DNA of 64,000 nucleotides from Pavona decussata (GCA_977016875.1 CDRNST010000020.1:5270001-5334000); one strand, 5' to 3'. Positions 37,498 to 50,060 are shown, numbered from the stretch's first letter. The notes: generated from the letters alone by a model not told the origin. Numbers and translations are program-made.

Positions 37498-38240
37498 TCA
37501 TGGCATCTCTATAGTGAGCTCTATAAATCTCTGTGAAATGTTTCGGCAAGTAACTCAAGAACGGTACATCATTCAGACCTCAGACTTGGAGATGTTGTTT
37601 ATTTAAGACTCTATTTTAACATGTAGATTCTTCAAATTTATTTTTTGATGGCGTGACAGTGAAAACCAGCAATACAAGTGAGTGGGTACAGTCAAAAAGA
37701 CCCAAACCTCCCCCCCCCCCCCCCCCCCGTTCCCAAATGTATCCACACAAAGGGTAAAGGTGTAAGGCGAAGAAATTATGTTCTGCATCTGTTTAATTAT
37801 TACAGTTGCATCCCCGAAGTGCTTGTCACTCACACATAAGGAGTGGAGGGGGAGGGTCACAAAAACTTCGCTTTCAACGTCAACTTTAATTTGATCATTA
37901 AGGAAAAAGTTGGGTATAAGTAGACTGAAATTAAGGCTATTTTCTGTTTCACGAAAGTACCCCGCTTTTACCTAACTTTTCGAGCAGAAGCCTTTTCTGC
38001 CCAACCGCGTTTACGACCTTTACAAATTTATCATATAGGAGAAATTAAGGGACGCAAATTTAAAAAACTTGCCCGGGACGGACCAAGAGAGAAGGAGGAA
38101 ATGAAAGAACAAGTAGAAATTGGGGAAGTTGAGAATGAAGACGACGATGACACATGTGGTAATGATAACAAGTATGGAAAAGGTTTGGCAGGTCGTTACC
38201 TTAGTTAGGCGAATCTCTCTTTGCAATATTAGTGGGGGGG

Positions 38241-38650
38241 ACGTCAACGGTAGTTTGGATGGTACTTGGCCGGTTCTTGGCTATGGTTTCTTAGATGGTG
38301 GTGTCGTCAACGTATTTCCATAGTTATCGGGAATGTCGAGCTCATTAATCATAACGATGAACAGCCACACGCCAAGTTTAGTCCCTTGGGGGACCCCTGC
38401 TGAGATTGCTCCCCACTCAGAGAAGCAGTTGGAGCCGAGCTTCACTCGTTGCTTGCGGTCGGTGAGAAAATCGATAATCCAGAACAGAATAGCCTCAGGG
38501 AGATCATAGTTGTGCAGTTTATTGATCAATATGTGATGGTCAATAAGATCGAAGGCTTTCTTGAAGTCGAACAGGACTGCCCTTACCGGGCTCCAGTACC
38601 GTTGGTTGCACTGTTCCGTTCGTGAATCATGCTGATAAGCGCTTCAGTTG
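38241..38650 (-). mobile_element. CR1/L2-group LINE RT core (same element as 36741-37497)
   Basis: DFKKAFDLIDH, WIIDFLTDRKQRV, AGVPQGTKLG, KYVDD. Confidence 0.85.
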
Positions 38651-38871
38651 TACTGCCACATTGGTGCCCATGCGCATAAGCACCAATGTGGCGGCCAGAA
38701 ACCAAAGAAAACACCTGCCAATCACTTCTGCTATTCAGGCGACTGCTCTTTCCTTACGAGATTGTATACAGCTTTTTCAATTAACGTTGTCGGATCAAAG
38801 CAAAAAAGCTAAAAGACAAGACCGCAAGGTTATTTGGGATTTTTTTATGAATAAATTAATCAAAATCAGCT

Positions 38872-39620
38872 ATGCCTCGCCCATACAGTGAAGATCTATG
38901 GTGGCGAGCCATTTGGATGAATGAAATTTTAGGATATGAAGTGGATGAGGTGGCAGCCGCTTTGAGGATGTCACCAAGAAATATCGAGCGATATGTCTCA
39001 AAAGTTTTAAACTATGTGGAAGTAAAAGCAAATACCATCGGAAGACCGATAAACAGTGTGGCCATGCACCCGCACGTGGAATTTTTGATTATGGAAACAG
39101 TGCTTGGACACCCCGAAAAGACACTGTCAGAAATTGCGCACGATGTGTATACTGAGACGGGATCAGATTTTGCATTAGCAAGTATTTTCTATTATCTGAA
39201 ACGAAATCGTTTCAGTCTAAAAAAGGTTAGCTGAATTTTTCTGCTTTGGAATCGATTTTTTTTACGGCTTATGAAACGTTTAATTAACCTGGACTTTTCT
39301 CTATTTCATAATCAGCTCAACAAAATTGCGCTTCAAAGATCTGAAGAAGCAAGAGTGGTCTTCCGAGCAGATGTTTGTGTTCATAGATGAAAGCGGATTC
39401 GTAAGTGTTCAGTTCTTATTTTACCTGTTAGGTTTAAATTCATTCCATTCTTTTAATTGTAAAATTGATTTTTGTGTCATGTTTATAGGACAAAAGAATT
39501 TCTCCAACCTCTGGACACAACCTTATTGGAAAAAGAGCAGTGGTAAAACAATTTAAGCAGAACTGGGGACCGCGTATTACTGCCATTCCCGTCCTTTGCA
39601 CTGAGGGAATCATTATTTGA
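38872..39620 (+). mobile_element. IS630/Tc1-like transposase with introns, 3'-truncated
   Basis: MPRPYSEDLWWRAIW..HTH..LKRNRFSLKK|GT intron, LNKIALQRSEE..FVFIDESGF|GT intron, DKRISPTSG..WGPRITAIP. Only the first catalytic D is retained. Confidence 0.75.
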
Positions 39621-39711
39621 AGAAAAATATTGACGAACATTAAGAATAATCCAACACCCTCATTACTGGAATGATAATGTTTGACATGGGCAAGCGGAAA
39701 ATTTAAAGTTC

Positions 39712-40344
39712 CTTACCAACATCCTGGCCCAACAATGCAGTTTAAACTCTGGCAGTTTATGGTGCTCTCGCAACCTTGACAGGCATGCTTCATAACGTGA
39801 CGGCGCTTCTTCTTCATCACAGTCATCTCAGAACTGGGTCCGGGGTTAGCTACACAAAACAATAAGTTGCTGAAAACAACTTCCTGATCATCACAAGCAG
39901 AATTGAAGAAGCTTGAATGACAGCCGTCTTCTTGAGTTACACTTTCTCCTGAGTATGCAACCTGAGGAGACAGGGATGATATTCAAAATAAAATTACTAT
40001 ACCTTTTCTTTCCTTCCCCAATGTTGAAGAGAGTGATTTTTTGGCTTTAGTTAAGTGTGGATCGACCCACAACGTAACCATTCCCTTTTTCACTAATGAA
40101 AGCGCCTCGGCAAGTTGAATTTCCGAAGTAATGGTGAACTTCTTGTTTCCTTCACCGCTGTATCCAAAAGTAAAGTCACAATCTGTTGCTGGCCGGAGTT
40201 TCTCTGTGCACCTCTCCAATAGGTAGGCTTTTAATCTAGTCACACTGTCAAAGAGAGGCACGTTTCGAACGGAATACGAATCGTGCGAATTCTTGTTTTT
40301 TGCTTTTAAAACGCGCAGACAAATGTTAACAGTGTTTTCTTCCA
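39712..40344 (-). pseudogene. Accessory gene with PB1/ubiquitin-like N-terminal domain, convergent with the Tc1-like transposase
   Basis: Exon 1 MEENTVNICLRVL..FTFGYSGEGNKKFTITSEIQLAEAL..VTLWVD..|GT; a later exon ..LREHHKLPEFKLHCWARML|GT. Confidence 0.4.
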
Positions 40345-41239
40345 TCCTACTTGTCACGCCTCTGCGAAAAAAAAATTAAGAACTACCCATGTTACCTTGC
40401 GGTCTTGTCTTTTAGCTTTTTCCTTTTATCCAACAACCTTAATTGAAATAGCTGTATAAACGTATAAACATCTTTCCCAATACTTGAACTGTTTGAATTT
40501 CAGAAATCTTAGCAAAAGACCTTTTTACAAGGCTTGAGGGAGGGGGGAACTCTCATATATGGGCTATTTAGGTATGTGCCACGAGATAGGGTAGGGTTTT
40601 GAAGGTTCTCGATCGTTAAATAGGGTATCATTTTTGCCCCTGTTGGCACTGTGTTCCTTAGATCGGGTACCTAAATTGTATCAGTTAAAATTAAATGCCC
40701 AGCTAAACAAAAAACAAAACAAATGATCTGTTAAAACTGAACTGCCCATTAAAGTATTAGTGAAGCGATTTTATATAGAATTAGAGGATATATGTTTTTA
40801 CTTACCCATCATTGGTCTCTGCCTTCCACTTTCTGCCTTTAGTACGTTCCTTCTCGGGCGGTGTTTTGTGAGGCCATAACTTCGCTCACTAAACAAGAGT
40901 TCAAGCATTCGCAAGTAACAATTCCCTCTCCGCAAAACCCACACCTGTTTGAATAATCGATAAGTGTGTGACCATCCAAGCCACACACCCTACACTTTCT
41001 TACTCTTGTATCATCCATAACAAATAGATCGTCAGGAGTTACTTGTTCGTCGGTAATCTTCTAAACCTTACTCCAACTAGCATTGAATTCTTCAAAGTTA
41101 TGCTAATTTAAACAATCCTTGGAAGACGTCACGTCGTGAGGAAAATCTGACAATTGCCAGGGACCCTTTTAAATTTTTTTCTTCCGGAATGTCAACATTT
41201 TCTTTTGACGCTGTGACTGGCATAAGAAACCCAAGAAGG

Positions 41240-42020
41240 ACTGCTCTGCTTGATGAAATGCTTATAAAAAGTCCTGTTCCCGTTTTCGCTGGTATTAGGG
41301 TCTATTAGGTTAATCGCAGGTCCTTAACATGAACACGCGGCAATCTGCTTTGTTCTTTCGGCTCACCTGGAAGATTGGGCTGATGGCCAAGAGGAACAAA
41401 TGACAAGATGTCGGCGTTCCACTTCTCACAATGGATCGGGATATAATGATTTAATGATTCAATGATTCAATGATTTAACACCAGCGGCCTCATGCTATCT
41501 TCACACCGGGGGTTTTTGTTCTTTCGACACAAATTGTACATGGAACAGTACGACCACACGGGAAGAGTTCAATGATGTACCATGTAAAGTTCCAGGTATG
41601 CCTAATACACCTTGTTCCAGGACTTTTTTGTGGCATGTGGATTGCAGGACTTCTTAAATAAGAAAACAAAGACTGCTCTGCTTGATTAAACGCTTAATTT
41701 TTCGATCATATTAGGTTAATCCCGTGATATTAACATGAACACGTGGCGATCACCCTTGTTCTTTCTGCTCACCTGGAAGAATGGGCCGATGGCCAAGAGG
41801 AAAAGATGCCAAGATGTCGGCGTTCCTCTTCTCACAATGGATCGGCATCTAATGATTTAATGATTTAACACCAGCAGCCTCATGCTATCTTCACACCCGG
41901 CATTTTTTGTTCTTTCAACACAAATCGTACATAGAACAGTACGACCACACCTGAAGAGCTTAATCATGTACCATGTATTAAAGATGAGTTCCAAGTATGC
42001 TTAATACTTATTTTAGGACT
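41240..42020. repeat. Diverged direct duplication, ~430-bp period
   Basis: gactgctctgcttgat.. at 41240 and 41671, with shared aagatgtcggcgttcc, catgctatcttcacacc and gaacagtacgaccacac. Confidence 0.8.
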
Positions 42021-42217
42021 TTTGAACGCGCTAAATGAAATGCCCAACTTTTTTCGTGAAGAACTTGGTCCTCCTATATTTGCAAATGATATGGGAAACA
42101 AACTTTGACTTATAAACAGGTTGCAAAGAAAGAGACTTCTGAAAAGAAATGTTAACTGCACAAACTGTAGAAATGCAATGCACCTTATTCGCCAGCCGCA
42201 AAAAAATGTTTTAAACA

Positions 42218-44055
42218 TTTTTTTTTTATTTTCACTTAAAGCACAAATACTAGAGTAATACAAACAAATACAAAGTTAATTACACTAACGCTAATTTATA
42301 AAATAACATTACATTACATTCACAGTCAGGTAGATTTAATTTATGGTGTGGTTATATAATAATATAAACCTATATAATAATTTGTACAAATACTTATACA
42401 TCAATTTTTTTTTTTGGTAGAATGTCCGTGTATACAATTGCATATATAACTATTAATACCAGATGCCCATCTATTGAGATGTTATTACGATAACATGTTT
42501 TCCCATTTTTTATAATAAATAGATCCTATTTTATTCTTTTTTGCAATTAAAAATTCAAGTTTCCGAGTTTCAGATGTTTTAGTCTTCAGTAAGGATACAG
42601 GCGGCTTGATATTTTTACAAAAACATGAATAAATGGTATATTTCCCAAGAATGATTATGTGATTTAACAAACAGTTCCCAGGGTTATTATCGGAAATACC
42701 AAAGAGGATTGTTACCTCATCAAGCTTATCAATTTTCATATTGTAAGTATTTAACCAAGAAATAACCGAAAGCCAAAAGTTTTTTAGTGTAGGTACAGCT
42801 GATTAGAAGATGCTCAAGAGTTTCTTCGTGATCTCCACAAAAGATGCACACCGGAGAAGGAACCAAATTCATTTTATATAGGATTTTATTGGTGTAGAGA
42901 ATACGATTTAGGATTTTGTATTGAAAGGCTCTCGTTCTGGTATCAAGAGTGACTCGACCCGGCAATAGATAAATATTTTTCCAGTCTATAGCACCTGAAG
43001 TATTATATACGGAATTAAACTTAGATTGGGCAGTCGGAGAAATCTGGATTCGTTTGACCAGGGTGGAATAGATTGATTTTGAAGTCATTCTAGTTATATC
43101 TTGAACACCGTCTGAAACAGTTTTGTCAATTCGGTTGTTATTATTCTCTCCATCTTTGAGGAGCAGTTTCCAGTTTGGCGGAATGGCGGCAAAAATGCCT
43201 TGTAGGAGTAATTAATCTGACAAGGAGAGATTTTTCTCTCTAAAAGCATCCCACCTTTTTAATTTTGAGTCGTTTGAGAGAATATTTCCAAGTTTCACAA
43301 AACCTGCTTCTTTTATTCTCTTGTTGTATATTGATTTCTTGTTCATCAAGAGGTTCTGGTTGTTCCAGATAATCACATTTAAAACGTCCTGTTTTGTAGC
43401 TATTATATCGTGATTGCCATTAAAGTCAGATCAAACTTCAAGACATTCTTTATAAAAAAAGTTAGTTTACAGGGTAGGTGCAATGGATTGAAATTGGACT
43501 GAAGCAGAAAACTGGTTCCTACATTCTTAAGATAGTGAGAAAAGAAAACTACTATTATCATCTAAATACCTCGCAAGAAACACAATTCTTTGAGTTTTAA
43601 TTAAAGATTCAGGGTGAGGCATTTTGAGGCCACCGTCGCCGTATTCACTAATTAAGGCCAATCTTTTGATTTTGTCTTTGCCTCTCCACACAAAATTGAA
43701 TATCACAGAATTTATGCTTTTAATTATATCCTTATCAAAAGAGATAAAGGAGGCTCGATACATAAACTTAGGCATAGCAAATGTTTTGACTAATTGAATT
43801 TTACCAATTAATGTTAAGTTTCTCCATTGCTAGCAACTTAAAAGGTCGAAGTTAAGCTCTCTACTTTTACGCTGATCATAAGTGAAAAATATACGTAGTA
43901 TTTTAATTGGCTCATTCACCTTATTAATATCGAAAGCTTCGTGATTTCGATAGGAACTTCCTAACCAGTAGGCTTCTTTTTTGTCCGTATTAAGTTTAAG
44001 CCCTGAACATTCACCATATGTGTTCAATAAGGAACTAAGAGAGTCATAAGATACC
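42218..44055 (-). mobile_element. L1/Tx1-clade LINE, 5'-truncated (RT end, zf-RVT, poly-A)
   Basis: SGLKLNTDK, PKFMYRAS..KIKRLALISEYGDGGLKMP, AFQYKILNRIL..CIFCGDHEETLEHLLISC; A-tail at 42218. Confidence 0.88.
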
Positions 44056-44271
44056 TTCCAAGCATGGTTGACCAAAGGTCGCTGCAACAGCAAATCTGTA
44101 GAAAAGCGATCAGTGACACAGGTCCCCAAATAAACAGGATGCGTAATATAAAGTGTTAAATAAAACATGAGACAAAAACCACTAGCTACCAATAAAGAAA
44201 AGTAATAGGGGTGAGTGGGGAAGTACCAAAGGACAAACGCAAACACCGTAAATTTACTTAGCAAGCATTGT

Positions 44272-44843
44272 TTAAGCCTTAATGATGGTGCCTCGATAGC
44301 TGCGATACAGCCAATACTGGTCCACGGAATTCACGTGAATGCCATCGGGCAAATATGGATCAGAGCTGGGTTCGCAATTACTGACATGGCGCCAACAGAA
44401 AATGCTATCTTGCTTACCCAAAACAACTCTCAGGTAATTGTTTAAAATCGGCACCGCCTCGTTGAAATCCAACCCATGTGGATAAGTTGTTCCACGAGGG
44501 AGGACCTCACAGACGCCAATGATTTTCACTGCAAAGGAACAGCAAAGGAAACGAACAAAATCATCAATAGCGGAACCTACGACCTCGGCTGCACTGACAC
44601 TTAAAAATCATTGGTTCCAATTTCTAGAAAAGCAATGTCTGGGGCAAACTCAGTAGTGACGCCCAGGTCATATTTAATCAATTTCTGGACCGTGCATCCG
44701 CCATGTTAATGCACGTGGACTTGACCCTGTAGGTTAAAAGTCTTGGAGGTTCGCGGATCAAAATTGTTCTTAAGGTCATAAGTTAATCGATGTACGAAAG
44801 AATGACCTGAAAGGAGAACTTTTGGAGAAAGTGTAGTTTCCAT
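44272..44843 (-). pseudogene. SGNH/GDSL hydrolase of the Ngaro element
   Basis: Block I VLLSGHSF, block II GG, block III LEIGTND, block V DGIH; stop and frameshift present. Confidence 0.8.
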
Positions 44844-45639
44844 CTCGCCAACAGAAAAATTGATTAGCCGCACACAGTCCGGAAATAAAGCAAGGCAAAA
44901 CAAAACAAATGTGGGAACAAATGGTACATAAACGTAATGAAGGGAAACGTAATCCCAAAAAAAGAAAATTCAGAACACAATAAAGAGTAATAGAGGGGAA
45001 AAACCAGGAACCTGTAGATTATATAGCCTCACCTTGAAAGAACCAAAGCACGTCTTAATCCGCTGCTGAACTGAGATGAATGACTATGGTGTGATAATAT
45101 TGATCATATGACTGATGCAAGCACCTTACTTCCTCCCCAAGACCGAGGACCACTCGGACCAATTAATTTCTAACAAAGGCTGGAAAAGGCATAAAAATTC
45201 TATTTTACGGGCAAATATTTTATTTATTACAAGAAGTTAACTACCCTTTCTCAACGTTTCTCCTTGTGAATACAATGTCTTGCTTTAAAATCTTAACTTC
45301 TCCGATGTGATGTAAATTTACAATAATGCCCTGCCACATGTTGCAGAGTTTTTATATTATTTGCTGTACTGATAATTATATTTCACTTATTCTCATAGTA
45401 ATTTATTGTGGCATCTTTTTCCATGTTGCCCAGCTTCTTTATATTAATTTGCTGTTCTCTGGAAAAACTGTCCTTTTCTTTAAACTTAGGTTTCAATTCT
45501 GAATGTGATATGAATTTACAGTAATAAATTTCTTGTTTGACATGGCAAAGCTTTATGTATCTGATGAAGTCTTAGCTCAGAAAAAAAACATTTTCTTGAA
45601 ACTTGCGTTTACAAGATACTCAGACCTTCATAAGCTTAC

Positions 45640-48600
45640 AAGCTATTCAGACCTTAAAATGGCTATCTCATTCATTTTTGAAATAATTTCAGGCTTTCTT
45701 GATTTGTTTGGAAGACTGAGTTGATGCCCTGTGAGATCTGCAAGGAGTTGCACTGGGTCAGTAATTTTTAACTTCTTCAAGTCATTGGCTGACTGTGTTA
45801 TGGTTTTCGTCTGCTGAGGATATCCAGCTTCATCAGGGGCTTTTGCAACTTCATATTTTTCTTGCTCCAAAGCTGAAATGTATGGTACTTTCCTTTCCGA
45901 GTCTTGTTTCCTTCTTTCGTACCAAAAACTGGAATTCCTTTTGACGTATTGACGGGGTTGTCTTTCGCAGGATCTTAGTGCCTCATGGCGCTTTTCAACT
46001 AAAAGGAGACTGGTGCAGGCATCCCATCGATTTATCTTGCGATGGAAACATCATCTAAAATCATAATTCTTTTTTACGATTCCTAGTAAGAGAAGACAAA
46101 TAAATTATAGGTAAGAGGCACACAAAGTTTTGTTTCAATTTTTATTCTAACTATAGTAAGGCTTTTGTATCAGTACATGGTTACAATATTCAAGGAACAA
46201 GGCTAACATACCCACATTGTTGGTACAGTAACAGACAACTTCTCTAACTCAGTTCAATTATACAATGACAAAGAAAAAGATGACCTTGACCACTGAAGTG
46301 CATTAGTGAAGCATGGTTGGGTGGGGACATGGTAAACGATGGTATGTATGTAAGAAGTGATTATGGTTTCTGTGGTGTAGCCTGGTCCACTTCCAGCCAT
46401 TCGTGACAGGTAACCTCCCCAGTTCCTAGCCTGTTGAATAGAAATGAATTTAAATTGCACTGTTTGTAGCAAAGAGGGTGGTAAATGTTTTTGCTTTTGT
46501 AATTTGAAGTACTGATTTGTCGTTTTTGTAGGTGATCTCAGATGTAATAGTTTGTTAAGCAGCCTTAAGCCAGGATTATTGAATACCCCCACAGACCTTG
46601 TCTTGTAATTGTCCACATTTTCATCAGTGTGTCTCCTTGTTTATAACGTCAAGTATCTCCTGAAAATCCTGAAAAAAAGTTTTGATTTAGGCATTTGAGC
46701 AAATTTTCTATGTTTATCTAACAAGTTTAGCTGACAAACAGAAGTTGTCTGTTCAACGTGACATGCATTATAAGCAGTATTTTAGTCACTGTCCACAGCG
46801 TTTTGAAACACTGGTGCTCTTTCTGGTGGTAAAAGCTTTGTAAAATGACATGGAAGCTTTCTGAGAAGCAGCCGCTTCTCTCTGCCAAGTAGGGATGTCC
46901 ACTCAAGTTTCTTTGCAGAATCCTTTGGCCTCCACACATTAAGGGAAATTCCCAGTGAGCGCACTGTGGCGAGGAGAGCATCCAGATAGGTAGACTTCCT
47001 TGCTGAGGGGGTTTTACTTTGTTTTCTGTTTGACTTGAAAAGATGTAAATATATCAAACTACTGTTTTTAATTGGACAAATAAAATACCTTTTACTCAGA
47101 ATGACGTTAGTTGAAAAAGTGAAAAACATACCTCATCTCTATCTAGAACTTCAAAAATAAGGCCAATTTCTAGGCGGTCCATCACTCTCAGCATTAAATG
47201 TAGCTCATCAATCATGACATTGTCTAGAGGGATGTTGAAAATTGGCTGATGCTGGCATCCAGGCTGCTTGTACCAATCTGGACCCAGTTTTCTTTTCCTG
47301 TTGGATGTTTCATAATTAGTGCAGGAAACATCCATGTCGCACCTTAAGTTGAAAACATTGACATTATAAATCAGAATAAGGTGTCATACGTGTATTTTTT
47401 CTAATAACATAGCCAAGTCACCCCACAAATTGATGACTACTTCAAGATAGTACCTGTCTTTTTTGTGAATCAAGCACCAGATGCATGACTTGTTCGATAT
47501 GGCTCCTTACATGCCCATTGCGAGAAGTAGAAACTATTGAAAAAAAAATATTCAAGGAAAGATGACCTGCATTCCTGGGATGATCTTTCAGTTATTGGAT
47601 ATGTAATCTCATACTGTTTACATCTATTCAATAAGTTATTTTTTGCTCACATGTTCCCGTATTTTCTGCTTAAGTAAATCTTCTAGCGGTAACTCGGCTC
47701 CTGGTTGGTCACCTGGGGTTTTACTTATGCTCCATGATACATTCAATGTTGCTTGACAACCTTCCACCAGGTATGATCTGGGCAATGCCTTGTCCTGTTG
47801 GGTAAGCTTATGTAAGCTTCCCATGTAATGCAAAACTTATCCATGATGAACAAGATTGCTCTGATTTTTTCTTTGTCACCTTCAGGCAGCCTTTCATATG
47901 CACACATTTTCTTGGTTATTGAGAGAAGGAAACAAATAATTTTTCAATTACAAATCATGTTTACTACACGTAATCAGTTGAGAGTTGCTTTGATCTGAAA
48001 TGAGGGAAAAATGTTTTACCCAACCACTTGTATGTCTTGAAGGTTACTGTTATAGTGGTTTGAAACTTACACCCACTTGTGAATTTCAAGTGTTGCTCAT
48101 ATCATCCATGTTCCTTTCAGGATTGCTGTCCTACAGTAGTTATATTATTTGTTCACCCTTGCAGCTCTCTCCTTCATTTGTGTCATTCTGGCAGTCCCTC
48201 AGTGTAGTTAAACTCTCTTATCTTGGAGCAGGGTTTTCTTTTTCAGCATCATTTGTCAAGTAAGAAAAAATATGGCATTGATATTATAGTTTGCTACAAG
48301 TAACCAGTTGAAAGTTGTTTTGATCTGAAATGGGAGAAAATGTTTTTTCCCAACCACTTGTAAATCTTGAAGGTAAGAATTATAGTGGTTTGAAAGTTAC
48401 ACCCACTTGTGAATTTTAGGTGTTGCTCATATCATCCATGTTCCTGTCAGGATGACTGTCCAAGTTGTATGATTTGTTTAATTATTTATTTATATATACA
48501 GCTCACCCTTGCAACTCTCTCCTTAATTCATGTCATTCTGGCAGTCCCTCCGTGTAGTTGAATTCTCTTGACTTGTGGCAATGTTTTCTTTTTCAGCATC

Positions 48601-49200
48601 ATCCGTTAGGTCAGAAAAATATGGCATTGATACTAGAAATAACCAATGGTTAGGAAGTGCAGGCTAGAACACTTTTGAGTCGAGGATTTTCAATAAAACT
48701 TTTGTTGAGCATTGAAATTGGTTGGCCATCGCATTGGGTAGTTACATTAAAAAATCTGCATGGCTCTGTTGAAGATGATTTCCAGTCTGTATAGCGTACT
48801 GCGCAATCTTGTCATTTACATCCGGGATTCGATGGGTTGAAATGTTTCCCTGGTTCCTTGCCGAATTCTACCGTAAACGTTGTACGTTTTTTAAATGAGG
48901 AAATGCTTTTTCTGAAGTTTTCATTCGAAAGATTCAAGTACAATCAAGTATAATCTTGCGCAGCGAAGATATCTCAGAAGCGATCGTGTTACATTCCACG
49001 AAAAAGCCGCAATCTTGGGTCAATCTTGTCCACGTGCTCCGGCGTAAGAGTCGATCGATTGGAAGGCTGCTCTGAATCGAATTTATAAAGCCAAACATGC
49101 ATATCTTATTCTGTGGCAAAATCGTAGGTACAAGTATGTAAACACTTACACTTTGGAATCCAGTGATATTACTGTTGTAAACCGTCGCAGAAAAATGCAA
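45640..49200 (-). mobile_element. Transib/RAG1-like multi-exon DDE transposase remnant
   Basis: LPRSYLV, FLLLAMG..CIWC, IDELHLMLRVMD, WTSLLGREK, ITSYIHTIVYHVP, FSGQG-IVKKN (E position mutated). These parallel the RAG1/Transib D.LH, Y.H...HVP and EG.E..N motifs. Confidence 0.5.
47971..48632. repeat. Tandem duplication, ~330-bp period, inside the Transib-like element
   Basis: 47971-48282 ~ 48301-48632 (taa.cagttga.agttg..aaaatatggcattgata). Confidence 0.85.
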
Positions 49201-49218
49201 AATAAGCTGAGAATTTTA

Positions 49219-50060
49219 ATGGCTGCTGAACAGCGAAGAAGGCAAGTGTTACTGGTGCTGACATTGGTTACATCCACTGTACACTTTGACGCCGATGTTC
49301 ATCCAGTTCGAGTGTGATCTCTTCCACAACCTCAAGGGTGGTTTAATCTAATGTTAAACGTGCTCATTCACAGCTACGACCCTTATTGGCACGAGCACTC
49401 CAGAATGTCTTGACGAACATTTCAGCTTGTAGGGATACTCGATTCAGGGAAGCAGTTAGCATAGAGAAACGACTCGCAGTGGCATTGTGGCGTCTTGCCA
49501 GCGGGAATCCGTACAGAACTGTTGCCTCCACGTTTGGAATTGGGAAGTCTACTGCTGTCAAGATCATAAACAGTTTTATTGACGTCTTAAATGAACTTTA
49601 TGAAGATTGGATTACATTTCCTGCATCAGTGCAAGAGACCTTTGAAGCCATTCAGCAATTCTCTGATAACACTCTGCTCAACATACCACAGATTTTAGGT
49701 GCAATTGATGGATCACACATCCCCATAAAGGTTCCTAAGCACAATAAAGAGAGCTATTTCAACCAAAAGCATTTTTACTCTATGAATCTCCAAGCAGTTG
49801 TGGCCTTCGATGGTCCGTTTTTAGATATATCAGCAGGTTTTCCAGGTAGCATTCACGACGCCAGGATACTGTGAATGCGTGGACTTTATGGTAGAGTACT
49901 AAGGAACGACATTCTCCAAGGCCCTTACATAAATTTAACCGGTGTTTCTGTTGGCCCTTTAATTGTAGGTTATAGCGTCTACCCAATTTTCCCTTGGCTT
50001 TTTAAACCTTACCAGAATGTGCGTAAGTTAGACCCAACAAAAGTTCAATTTAACACCATT
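49219..50060 (+). mobile_element. PIF/Harbinger (HARBI1-like) transposase remnant
   Basis: EKRLAVALWRLASG..YRTVASTFGIGKST, GAIDGSHIPI, YFNQKHFYSMNLQAV, GFPGSIHDARIL*. In-frame TGA at 49872; 3'-truncated. Confidence 0.9.

Larger units (their letters stand above)
33597..45227 (-). mobile_element. Ngaro-type tyrosine-recombinase retrotransposon with split direct repeats (A1..B1-A2-B2), internally deleted and invaded
   Basis: A1 45045-45227 ~ A2 33873-34078; B1 34074-34290 ~ B2 33597-33813. RNase H end (35345-35575, AKHIPGLCNTLADAYSR) and YR (34490-35345) are on the minus strand. Confidence 0.8.

Noticed and set aside
36741-38650. Twin-priming 5' inversion of a LINE
   Set aside because: The inverted block includes the LINE tail plus ~750 bp of unrelated DNA, and the RT core lies downstream. 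The geometry fits a later genomic inversion.
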